Source of the DNA: an uncultured Thermotogae bacterium
Lineage (GTDB): Bacteria; Bipolaricaulota; Bipolaricaulia; RBG-16-55-9; DRXL01
Length of the DNA: 64,000 bases
Direction: 5' to 3'
Assembly (NCBI GenBank): GCA_964473325.1
Contig: CAYYOG010000003.1
Span: 10,478 to 74,477, forward strand
Made by a program: the position numbers and the translations under genes. Below the pieces are notes generated by a model. That model made no database searches and was not told where the DNA came from. It saw nothing but the letters and a program-made list of their open reading frames with translations. Positions 56,294 to 64,000 of this stretch are shown here, one piece after another (position 1 is the stretch's first letter; each line of letters starts with the position of its first letter).

Positions 56294-57633
56294 GTCCGAA
56301 AGCGAAGCAGTCGAGATACGTCATCATTGGAGCATCCGCGGCGGGGGTCACGGCCGCGGAGACCCTGCGTCGCTATGACGCCAGTGCAGAGATCGTAATG
56401 GTCTCTGATGAAAAACTTATCTATTCTCGTCCGTTGCTCTCGTACTATCTGGCGGGCAAGCTGGACGAAGATCAGTTGCTCTATCGCCCGCGTGATTTCT
56501 TTGAGAGATACAAAATCAAAGCGCTCTTCACGCGGGCTGTGGGACTCGATACTGAAAAGAGCCAAGTCCATCTGCAAGATGGCACAACAGTCGCTTATGA
56601 TAAGTTGCTCTTGGCGACGGGGGCGTCGCCGCGCTTTCCTGCCCTTGAGGGCCTTAAAGAGCGATCCGGGGTCTTCGGATTGCGCAAGCTCGAGGAGGAC
56701 GCCAAAGCGATCTTAAGCTGGCTGCCCAAGGCCAAGCGAGCTGTAGTGCTCGGCGGGGGCTTGGTCGGCTTGAAAGCTGCTGAGGCCCTTCAGGGACGCG
56801 GGCTCGCCGTCACGGTGCTCATAGACTCACCCCATGCGCTCTCGCAGATGCTCGATGAGAGCTCAGCGCGAATTTTTGAGAGAATCTTTGAGCAGAACGG
56901 CGTCACGATTCGGACAAAGGCGAAGCCCGTCGCGGTGCTGGGCAAACAACAAGTAGAAGGCGTTCAGCTCGCTTCGGGCGAGGTCTTCGCGTGCGATCTC
57001 GTCGTCGTGGGCAAGGGCGTAGATCCTAACCTCGAGCTTCTTAAAGACACGAAGCTTCGTAAAGATTACGGGGTATTCGTAGACGACTATCTGGGCACGA
57101 GCATAGAGAATATTTACGCAGCTGGGGACGTCGCCCAAGCCCGCGATGTCGTTCGCGGCGAGCCGTGGATTAATGCGCTCTGGCCCTGCGCCGTGGAGCA
57201 AGGGCGCATCGCGGCGCTCAATATGCTGGGCCAAGAGACGGTCTATCGTGGCTCGATGCGCATGAACTCGGTGCAGTTCTTTGGGGTTCCGGTGATCTCG
57301 GCTGGACTGGCTGTGCTCACACCGGGCCCCCTGGGCGGTCGTTCTGGCGAGCACGACGAGACGCTAGAGTTTCAGCCTGCCCCGGGAATCTACCGAAAGA
57401 TCTTTCTCAAGGACGACACGATCGTGGGGTTTGTGCTCGTGGGGGATGTGCCCATCGAAGCCGCAGGGGTATTGCGTATCTTGATGGAGCGGCGCGTCAA
57501 CATCGCTCCCATAAAAGAAGAACTTCTGGAGCTGGGGCCAGATCTGGGGCGAGTGCTGCCCTTGATTGTCGAAAACAAAGAGCGCTTTGCCGAGCGCGAA
57601 TTCCAAGAATTAGTACACACGGTGGGGGTGTAA
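56290..57633 (+). CDS. FAD-dependent pyridine nucleotide-disulfide oxidoreductase (CODH-associated FNOR-like)
   Basis: GxGxxG dinucleotide motifs (VIIGASAAG; VVLGGGLVG). ATGA overlap with the ferredoxin gene; GGAGGTGG SD. Confidence 0.8.
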   Translation: MSPKAKQSRYVIIGASAAGVTAAETLRRYDASAEIVMVSDEKLIYSRPLLSYYLAGKLDEDQLLYRPRDFFERYKIKALFTRAVGLDTEKSQVHLQDGTTVAYDKLLLATGASPRFPALEGLKERSGVFGLRKLEEDAKAILSWLPKAKRAVVLGGGLVGLKAAEALQGRGLAVTVLIDSPHALSQMLDESSARIFERIFEQNGVTIRTKAKPVAVLGKQQVEGVQLASGEVFACDLVVVGKGVDPNLELLKDTKLRKDYGVFVDDYLGTSIENIYAAGDVAQARDVVRGEPWINALWPCAVEQGRIAALNMLGQETVYRGSMRMNSVQFFGVPVISAGLAVLTPGPLGGRSGEHDETLEFQPAPGIYRKIFLKDDTIVGFVLVGDVPIEAAGVLRILMERRVNIAPIKEELLELGPDLGRVLPLIVENKERFAEREFQELVHTVGV

Positions 57634-57637
57634 AGCT

Positions 57638-59860
57638 ATGTCTAAGATTATCGCGTCCGCCGCGATCCGTGGCGCGCACAAATACGTCGCCGAGGCTGAG
57701 CAGAAGCTCAAGGAAGCTCTAGAGACCTATAAGCCCGAAAAGAGAGTGGGCTTTCCCAACACGGCCTATCATCTACCGTTAATCTTAGCTCTGCTGGGTT
57801 TGAAAGTCGAGACGCTCAAAGATTGTCACGAAGCCTTACAGCACGCCAAGGGGCTTCTTCCCCCGATCCCGCAAGATCAGCTCTGGCTGCCCTATTTGGG
57901 CGATGCTCTCGATGCTGGGATCGCGACACTGATCGCCGAAGAGATCATCGAGGCGCTGAGATACTTAGACCCAAGTTATAAGCCGGAGCCGCCCTGGCTG
58001 GGCTTCACCGACGACGCGATCTTGCGCACCCAAGGGATCAAGCTCGTAGATGGTCGTATGCCGGGGTTCGCTGCGTGCGTCGGGGCGCTGCCGACCAACA
58101 AAGACGCCGTCGAATTAGCTCGTGCCCTGCAAGAGAGAAATATTCTCATCTTTATCGCTGGCGACTCCAACGGGCGCTCCATGGCCGAGCAACTCCAAGA
58201 AGAAGATATCGAGATGGGCTGGGACACGTATATTGTGCCGTATGGGAAGCACGTGGGGGCAGCGGTCTATGCGCTCAATTTCGCCACCCGCGCCGCAATG
58301 ACCTTTGGTGGGATCAAGCCCGGCAGCTTCGATGCGGCGCGAAAGATTCTGCTCTATAACAAAGAGCGCGTCTTCGCGTTTGTTCTAGCTCTGGGAGCTG
58401 ATCCCGGCGTCAACGGCACGGGACAGCTCTTAACTGACGAAAAGTACGCGACGGCCGCGGGAGCGATCAACTTCGGCTTCCCCGTGATCGCGGACGTCCC
58501 GATCCCGCAGATTCTGCCCAGGGGCATCTGTACCTATGAGCACGTCGTCTCCGGGATCTCGTTGGATAAAATCATTCACAAAGCGATTGAGGTGCGCGGG
58601 CTCAAGATTAAGCTCTCGAAGATCCCCATCCCCGTGCCCTATGGGGCGAGCTTCGAGGGCGAGCGCGTGCGCAAAGAGAATCTCTACGTCGAGTTCGGCG
58701 GCAAATATTCAACGGCGTTTGAGCTGCTGCGCGCCAAGCCGATGGACGAAGTCGAAGACGGCAAGATCGAGCTGATCGGCCCAGATATAGACCAAGCCAA
58801 AGAGGGCAAGGCCATGCCCCTGGGCGTGATCGTCGATGTCGCTGGACGCAACTTAAAGACGGACTTCGAGCCCGTCTTGGAGAGAAGAATCCATCACTTT
58901 ATTAGCTGCATCAACGGCGTGATGCACATCGGGCAGCGCGACATCCCCTGGGTGCGCATCAGTAAAGAGGCTTACGACAAGGGCTTTCGCTTGAAGCACT
59001 ACGGAGAAGTTTTAATCGCCAAATTCAAAGAAGATTTTGGAGCATTAGTCGACAAAGTCCAAGTGAAGATCATCACGGATCAAGCGCAAGTCGACGCATT
59101 GATCAAAGAAGCCAGGGAGATCTATCGCCAGCGTGACGAGCGCGTCATGGGCATGAAGGACGAAGATGTAGACAAGTTCTATAGCTGCATTCTCTGCCAG
59201 AGCTATGCGCCCAACCACGTCTGCATCGTGACGCCACAGCGCTTGGGCCTCTGCGGCGCGTATACCTGGCTTGACTGCGGGGCGTCGTACGAGATGGACC
59301 CGCACGGCCCTAATAAACCTGTGCCCAAGGGTGCCTGTCTTGACCCCGTCTTAGGCGAATGGCAAGGGGTCAACGAGTATGTCCGCGTCGCCTCCAACGG
59401 CAACTTAGAGAGGGTCTCGATGTACTCAATCATGCAGAACCCCCAGACGAGCTGCGGGTGCTTCGAGTGCCTCGTGGCGGTGCTGCCGGAGTGCAACGGG
59501 GTGATGGTCGCCAGCCGCGAATATCAAGGGGAGACGCCCATCGGCATGACGTTCTCCACGATGGCCGGCGAAGTCGGCGGCGGGGTGCAGACGCCGGGCT
59601 TCTTGGGCGTGGGCAAGCTCTACCTCACCAGCGAAAAGTTTATCAGTGCTGAGGGCGGCATCAAGAGACTCGTCTGGATGCCGAGCGAGCTCAAAGAAGA
59701 GATCAAGGAGAGACTGCAGAAGCGCTTGGAAGAGATCGGGATGCCGGAGCTTTTTGACAAGATCGCAACTGAAAAAGACGCCACGACCAGCGAAGAGCTT
59801 ATGGAGTTCTTGCAGCGCGTGGGGCACCCAGTTTTGGAGATGGAGCCGATTGTGCAATAG
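57638..59860 (+). CDS. acsB: Acetyl-CoA synthase catalytic subunit (ACS, AcsB/CdhC; A-cluster subunit)
   Basis: A-cluster ligand motif SCGCFEC plus CIVTPQRLGLCGAYTWLDC [4Fe-4S] motif; length and overall pattern typical of AcsB. Confidence 0.9.
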   Translation: MSKIIASAAIRGAHKYVAEAEQKLKEALETYKPEKRVGFPNTAYHLPLILALLGLKVETLKDCHEALQHAKGLLPPIPQDQLWLPYLGDALDAGIATLIAEEIIEALRYLDPSYKPEPPWLGFTDDAILRTQGIKLVDGRMPGFAACVGALPTNKDAVELARALQERNILIFIAGDSNGRSMAEQLQEEDIEMGWDTYIVPYGKHVGAAVYALNFATRAAMTFGGIKPGSFDAARKILLYNKERVFAFVLALGADPGVNGTGQLLTDEKYATAAGAINFGFPVIADVPIPQILPRGICTYEHVVSGISLDKIIHKAIEVRGLKIKLSKIPIPVPYGASFEGERVRKENLYVEFGGKYSTAFELLRAKPMDEVEDGKIELIGPDIDQAKEGKAMPLGVIVDVAGRNLKTDFEPVLERRIHHFISCINGVMHIGQRDIPWVRISKEAYDKGFRLKHYGEVLIAKFKEDFGALVDKVQVKIITDQAQVDALIKEAREIYRQRDERVMGMKDEDVDKFYSCILCQSYAPNHVCIVTPQRLGLCGAYTWLDCGASYEMDPHGPNKPVPKGACLDPVLGEWQGVNEYVRVASNGNLERVSMYSIMQNPQTSCGCFECLVAVLPECNGVMVASREYQGETPIGMTFSTMAGEVGGGVQTPGFLGVGKLYLTSEKFISAEGGIKRLVWMPSELKEEIKERLQKRLEEIGMPELFDKIATEKDATTSEELMEFLQRVGHPVLEMEPIVQ

Positions 59861-59873
59861 GAGCTGATTCGCT

Positions 59874-61217
59874 ATGGCCAAGCTCACGGGAATCGAGATC
59901 TATAAGCACTTGCCCAAGACCAACTGCGGGGACTGTAACTTCCCAACGTGTATGGCGTTCGCGATGCAGGTCGCGGCGAAAAAAGTCGGGCTGGAGCAGT
60001 GCCCGCACGTCTCGCCAGAGGCGAAGGCTGCTCTATCAGAAGCCCAAGCCCCGCCGATGCGCACCGTGACTGTGGGCGCAGGAGATCGCGTGCTCAAGCT
60101 CGGCGGCGAAACGGTGCTCTTCCGTCATGAAGAGAAGTTCCATCACCCCACGGTGATCGCTATTCGTGTGCGGGACGATCTTTCAGAGGGTGAGCTGGCC
60201 CAGCGCATCGAGAAGATCAATCAATTACAGTTTGTGCGTGTGGGGCAGCTCATCGGCGTCAACGCCATCGCTGTGGAGCAGACTACTCCCGATACGAATA
60301 AATTCGCGCAAGCCGTTCGGCTTGCTGCGGAGAAGACATCACTGGCGCTCATCTTAGCGAGTGCAGACCCTCAGGCGCTTCGAGCGGCTCTAGAAATCTG
60401 TGCCGAGCGCCGCCCGCTGCTCTGCGCCGCGACGAGAGAGAACTTCAAAGAGTTTGCAGGGCTCGCGAAGGAATCCAAGTGCTCCCTTGCCGTGAAGGCG
60501 GCGACGCTCGAGGAGCTTGCCGAGCTTACCCAACAGATCAAAGCTCTCGGTGTTGAAGATCTCGTGCTCCAGCCGGAGATCTCCGGGTTGGCTGACGGCT
60601 TGGCGAAGCTGACGCAGCTGCGTCGGCTCGCGCTGGAGAAGAATTTCCGAGCCGTGGGCTACCCCGTGATGGTTGCCCTGCGCGGAAGTGACCCGCAGAT
60701 CGAGACGGCATACGCAGCGATGTTTATATGTAAGTACGCGAGCATGATCGTGATAGACGGCGCGGAACGTGCGCAGCTGCTGCCCATTCTCACAGTGCGG
60801 CAAAATATCTTTACTGACCCGCAAGTCCCCAACGCTGTCGAAGCGAAGCTCTACAAAGTCGGCGAGCCCACGCCGCAATCGCCAGTGCTCGTCACGACGA
60901 ACTTCGCGCTCACGTACTTTACTGTTGAGGGTGAGGTCGAGAACAGTCGCGTGCCAGCATATATCTCAGTAGTGGACACAGGAGGATTGGGCGTGCTGAA
61001 CGCCTACGCTGACGACAAGCTCACAGCAGAAGCGATCGTCAAAGCGGTGAAGAGTTACGGCGTTATGGACCAAGTCGCGCATAAGAAGTTGATCATTCCG
61101 GGTTTGGTAGCGGTGCTCAAGGGCGAGATCGAAGATTTAGGTGGTTGGGAGGTCTTAGTCGGCCCGGAGGAAGCCGCGGGGATTCCCGCGTATCTGAAGA
61201 ACGAATGGAAAGCATAA
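59874..61217 (+). CDS. acsC: Corrinoid iron-sulfur protein large subunit (AcsC/CdhE)
   Basis: N-terminal CGDCNFPTC…C [4Fe-4S] motif followed by TIM-barrel and corrinoid-binding domains. Confidence 0.85.
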   Translation: MAKLTGIEIYKHLPKTNCGDCNFPTCMAFAMQVAAKKVGLEQCPHVSPEAKAALSEAQAPPMRTVTVGAGDRVLKLGGETVLFRHEEKFHHPTVIAIRVRDDLSEGELAQRIEKINQLQFVRVGQLIGVNAIAVEQTTPDTNKFAQAVRLAAEKTSLALILASADPQALRAALEICAERRPLLCAATRENFKEFAGLAKESKCSLAVKAATLEELAELTQQIKALGVEDLVLQPEISGLADGLAKLTQLRRLALEKNFRAVGYPVMVALRGSDPQIETAYAAMFICKYASMIVIDGAERAQLLPILTVRQNIFTDPQVPNAVEAKLYKVGEPTPQSPVLVTTNFALTYFTVEGEVENSRVPAYISVVDTGGLGVLNAYADDKLTAEAIVKAVKSYGVMDQVAHKKLIIPGLVAVLKGEIEDLGGWEVLVGPEEAAGIPAYLKNEWKA

Positions 61218-61220
61218 GCG

Positions 61221-63152
61221 ATGCCCACAGTGCGATTTCATCCTGATGAAGTGAGCGTCGAAGTCGAGCGCGGCGTCACCCTCCAAGCCGCCGCGAAGGC
61301 CGTCGGCGTCGAGCTGGCGAGTATCTGTGGGGGCGACGGCATCTGCGGCCGCTGTCGCGTCATCGTCAAGAACGGTAACATCGAATCTGCGCCGACGACG
61401 CTCCTCAATCGCGATGAGATCCAGAAGGGCTACGTGCTTGCCTGCCAAACCAAAGTCTTAGGAGACGTCGAAGTTGAAGTGCCCCTGGAGACCCGTGCCG
61501 AAGAGGGCCAAATCTTAATAGACATAGACGCGCAGCGCTTCCGCGCGCTCTACCAAGAAGAGAGGGTCTCTTTCCGCCATGAGCCCCTGGTGCAAAAACT
61601 CTATCTGGAGCTGCCTCCCCCGTCGCTGCACGACAACTTGGCCGACCAGCAACGACTCTACCGGGAGATCCGACGACATCGGGATTACCCAATCATGCAG
61701 ACGGGGCTGAAGATCTTGCAAATGCACCCCAGGATCTTGCGCCAGAGCCATTGGAAGGTGACGGCCGCGCTGGGGCTGCGTGGCGGCACTGTTGAAGTCC
61801 TGCAGCTTGAAGGCGGAGACACGTCTGCTCGCAATTACGGGTTCGCCGTAGATGTTGGGACGTCAACGGTCGTGGCCCATCTGGTGGACTTGAACACGGG
61901 TCGCACGATAGACGCCGAGGCCATGTACAATTCTCAGCGGGCCTACGGCGAGGAAGTCACCCGAAGAATTCTGTACGCTGAGCGCGGCGGCCTGGAACAG
62001 CTTCAGAAGACCATCGTTAACGATATTAATAATTTGATCACGGCGCTGGTGGAGCGCAACAAGATCGCGCTGCACGACTGCTTAGCTCTGGTGTGTGCGG
62101 GCAACACGACGATGATGCACTTGTTGCTTGGGCTTGATCCAAGCTCGATCCGGCGCGATCCGTATGTCTCGTGCTCGACCGCGCCCCCGCCGGTGCGCGC
62201 TGCTGAAGTTGGGATTCAGATCAATCCCCGGGGGTTGCTCTACTGTGTCCCAGCTATCGGCGGCTGGGTCGGCGGCGACGTCACCGCGGGCATTTTAGCC
62301 ACAGGGCTCTATGAGTCCGACAAGACGGTGATGCTCATAGACGTAGGCACCAACGGGGAGATCGTCATCGGCCGACGTGAGGATGGCTTCTGCTGGATGG
62401 TGACGTGCTCGGCCTCGGCCGGGCCGGCATTTGAGGGCTCTGGCGTCAAGTGCGGCATGAAAGCGAGCCGCGGCGCTATCGAGAGAGTGCAGATCTCCTC
62501 CGACGGCAACGTCTTGTATAAGACCGTAGGGAATGTCAAGCCCAAGGGGATCTGCGGGTCTGGGCTGATAGACTTAGTCGCGGGGCTCTTAGAAGCTGGG
62601 TTTATAGATCGCTCTGGAAGACTTATCCCCGAAGCGAGCCCGCGCATCCGCGAGCGCGACGGGATATTAGAGTTTGTCGTCGTCCCTGCGCAGCGCTCCG
62701 CGACAGAGAAAGATATAGTCATCACCCAAGCTGATATCGAGAATCTGTTGCGGGCCAAGGCGGCGATCTACGCCGGGACGTTGATTCTACTCAAATCGCT
62801 CAATCTCGACATCACCAATATAGACAGGGTCTTTCTCGCCGGGGGTTTTGGGAACTATCTTGATCGAGAGAAAGCGATTATGATTGGACTGATCCCAGAT
62901 TTGCCGTTAGAGAAGATTCGTTTTGTGGGCAACACGTCTATTATTGGGGCGAAGATGGTGCTGCTGTCGCGAGAAGCCTGGGAGAAGTGCGAAGAGATCG
63001 TGCAGAGCGCGACGTATTACGATTTGATAAGCTTCCCGCATTACTATGAAGAGTTTCTCGCGGCGAAGTTCTTGCCCCACACGGAGCTGGAGCGGTTCCC
63101 GTCGGTGCAAGAGCGCTTGCGGGTGAAGGAAGCGATATGGCATTCACGATAG
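61221..63152 (+). CDS. Reductive activator of corrinoid Fe-S protein (RACo/AcsV-like: 2Fe-2S ferredoxin domain + ASKHA ATPase domain)
   Basis: N-terminal plant-type ferredoxin motif CGGDGICGRCRV…C; C-terminal ASKHA/DUF4445-like domain; ~640 aa as expected for RACo. Confidence 0.75.
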   Translation: MPTVRFHPDEVSVEVERGVTLQAAAKAVGVELASICGGDGICGRCRVIVKNGNIESAPTTLLNRDEIQKGYVLACQTKVLGDVEVEVPLETRAEEGQILIDIDAQRFRALYQEERVSFRHEPLVQKLYLELPPPSLHDNLADQQRLYREIRRHRDYPIMQTGLKILQMHPRILRQSHWKVTAALGLRGGTVEVLQLEGGDTSARNYGFAVDVGTSTVVAHLVDLNTGRTIDAEAMYNSQRAYGEEVTRRILYAERGGLEQLQKTIVNDINNLITALVERNKIALHDCLALVCAGNTTMMHLLLGLDPSSIRRDPYVSCSTAPPPVRAAEVGIQINPRGLLYCVPAIGGWVGGDVTAGILATGLYESDKTVMLIDVGTNGEIVIGRREDGFCWMVTCSASAGPAFEGSGVKCGMKASRGAIERVQISSDGNVLYKTVGNVKPKGICGSGLIDLVAGLLEAGFIDRSGRLIPEASPRIRERDGILEFVVVPAQRSATEKDIVITQADIENLLRAKAAIYAGTLILLKSLNLDITNIDRVFLAGGFGNYLDREKAIMIGLIPDLPLEKIRFVGNTSIIGAKMVLLSREAWEKCEEIVQSATYYDLISFPHYYEEFLAAKFLPHTELERFPSVQERLRVKEAIWHSR

Positions 63153-63922
63153 CCGTTGCTGGCAAGGGCGGCGTAGGCAAGACAACCGTTGCAGGGCTGA
63201 TCGTGCGCGCGCTCGTCGAGCGCCGCGAAGGGCCGGTGCTCGCTATTGATGCCGACCCGAATACGAATTTTCACCAAGTCTTGGGCCTAAAACTCGAGCA
63301 GACCATCGGCGAGCTGCGCGAAGAGACGCTCAAGAAGATTAAAGACTTGCCGCCGGGGATTGCCAAAGATCAGTATCTCGAATATGGGTTGCAGCAATGT
63401 CTTGTGGAGGGCAACGGTCTTGATCTTTTAGCGATGGGCCGTGGTGAAGGCCCCTTCTGCTATTGCGCTGTCAATCACGTCTTGCGACGCTATATAGATC
63501 TGCTTAGCAAAAACTATAAGTATGTCGTTTTGGACAACGAAGCGGGCTTGGAGCACCTATCGCGGCGCACGACCCAAGACGTTGACGTGCTCTTGGTCAT
63601 CAGCGATGCCAATCCCATTGCACTGCAAGCTGCAGCTCGAATTAACAGATTGGCTGATGAGCTGCAATTGCGCATCCGCACGAGATTTTTAGCTCTGAAC
63701 AATGTGAGCGATAGTAGGCGAGCTCGGCTAGGGGATAAGTCTTTTCAGGAGAGGCTCGCGCAGACGGGGCTTGCGCTCATCGGGGAGATCCCAACAGACG
63801 AAGCGCTTTGGGATCTCAGTCTCGAAGGTAAGCCGCTCACTGAGCTGACTCCAGCTTCCCCAGCCAAGCGCGCCGTACAGGAGGTCTTAGAGAAGATTTT
63901 GTGCCACGGAGGAGGATCGTAA
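63137..63922 (+). CDS. acsF: Second CooC/AcsF-type nickel-insertion ATPase
   Basis: VAGKGGVGKTT Walker A; GEGPFCYCA CxC motif. Confidence 0.8.
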   Translation: MAFTIAVAGKGGVGKTTVAGLIVRALVERREGPVLAIDADPNTNFHQVLGLKLEQTIGELREETLKKIKDLPPGIAKDQYLEYGLQQCLVEGNGLDLLAMGRGEGPFCYCAVNHVLRRYIDLLSKNYKYVVLDNEAGLEHLSRRTTQDVDVLLVISDANPIALQAAARINRLADELQLRIRTRFLALNNVSDSRRARLGDKSFQERLAQTGLALIGEIPTDEALWDLSLEGKPLTELTPASPAKRAVQEVLEKILCHGGGS

Positions 63923-63925
63923 AGA

Positions 63926-64000
63926 TGCCCGTCGCTATTCCCGATGTCAAGAAGACCTGGCCGAATGCGATCAATGTTGTGACGCTCGGCGCAACGAAGG
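63926..64000 (+). CDS. acsD: Corrinoid iron-sulfur protein small subunit (AcsD/CdhD), N-terminal fragment (continues beyond the window)
   Basis: MPVAIPDVKKTWPNAINVVTLGATK resembles the AcsD N-terminus; operon position after acsF. Confidence 0.5.

Overview
GC-rich (~57-60%) bacterial chromosomal window in which GTG/TTG starts are common; the ORF track evidently translates them as M. Gene content is mostly core and anaerobe-associated. Left half: partial aldehyde dehydrogenase; a phased array of 11 DnaA-box motifs beside an AT-rich palindrome (candidate oriC); a family-5 ABC substrate-binding protein; RqcH/NFACT; an M50 protease; secG; oppD/oppF-like ATPases; rdgB; a 1654-aa rpoC with no rpoB beside it; fmdB; ndk; a HicB-HicA toxin-antitoxin pair; dprA; a PKD/beta-propeller membrane protein; tRNA-Arg(CCT) - rnc - tRNA-Gln(TTG); a Zn-peptidase; rpe; rarA; hsp20 behind a CIRCE-variant operator; an ArsR - ParA - small RHH trio; HU; purK/purE; flavoproteins; a thioesterase; a methyltransferase; an IorA-like TPP enzyme; a lamin-tail/dockerin/cohesin-like surface protein; tsaC; tRNA-Ala(GGC); RNase P RNA (rnpB); a CPA antiporter; UspA. 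Right part: [NiFe]-hydrogenase maturation genes hypF-hypC and hypD-hypE, split by an opposite-strand block (Trx-VKOR fusion, DUF5320, GH5 glycosidase, MerR regulator), followed by a Wood-Ljungdahl acetyl-CoA synthase cluster (cooC, a CooF-like ferredoxin, an FAD/NAD oxidoreductase, acsB, acsC, RACo, acsF, acsD) with no CODH catalytic subunit in view. Most notable unexplained structure: (i) the DnaA-box array; (ii) an ~80-nt palindromic element present both as the extended P3 helix of rnpB and as an in-frame insert in hypF (RPE-like behaviour); (iii) a second short repeat family (core GTTTGACAGTTC) inside the IorA-like CDS and as a tandem promoter-like duplication beside tRNA-Ala; (iv) an internal sorting-signal/lipobox segment inside the LTD-dockerin-cohesin ORF.
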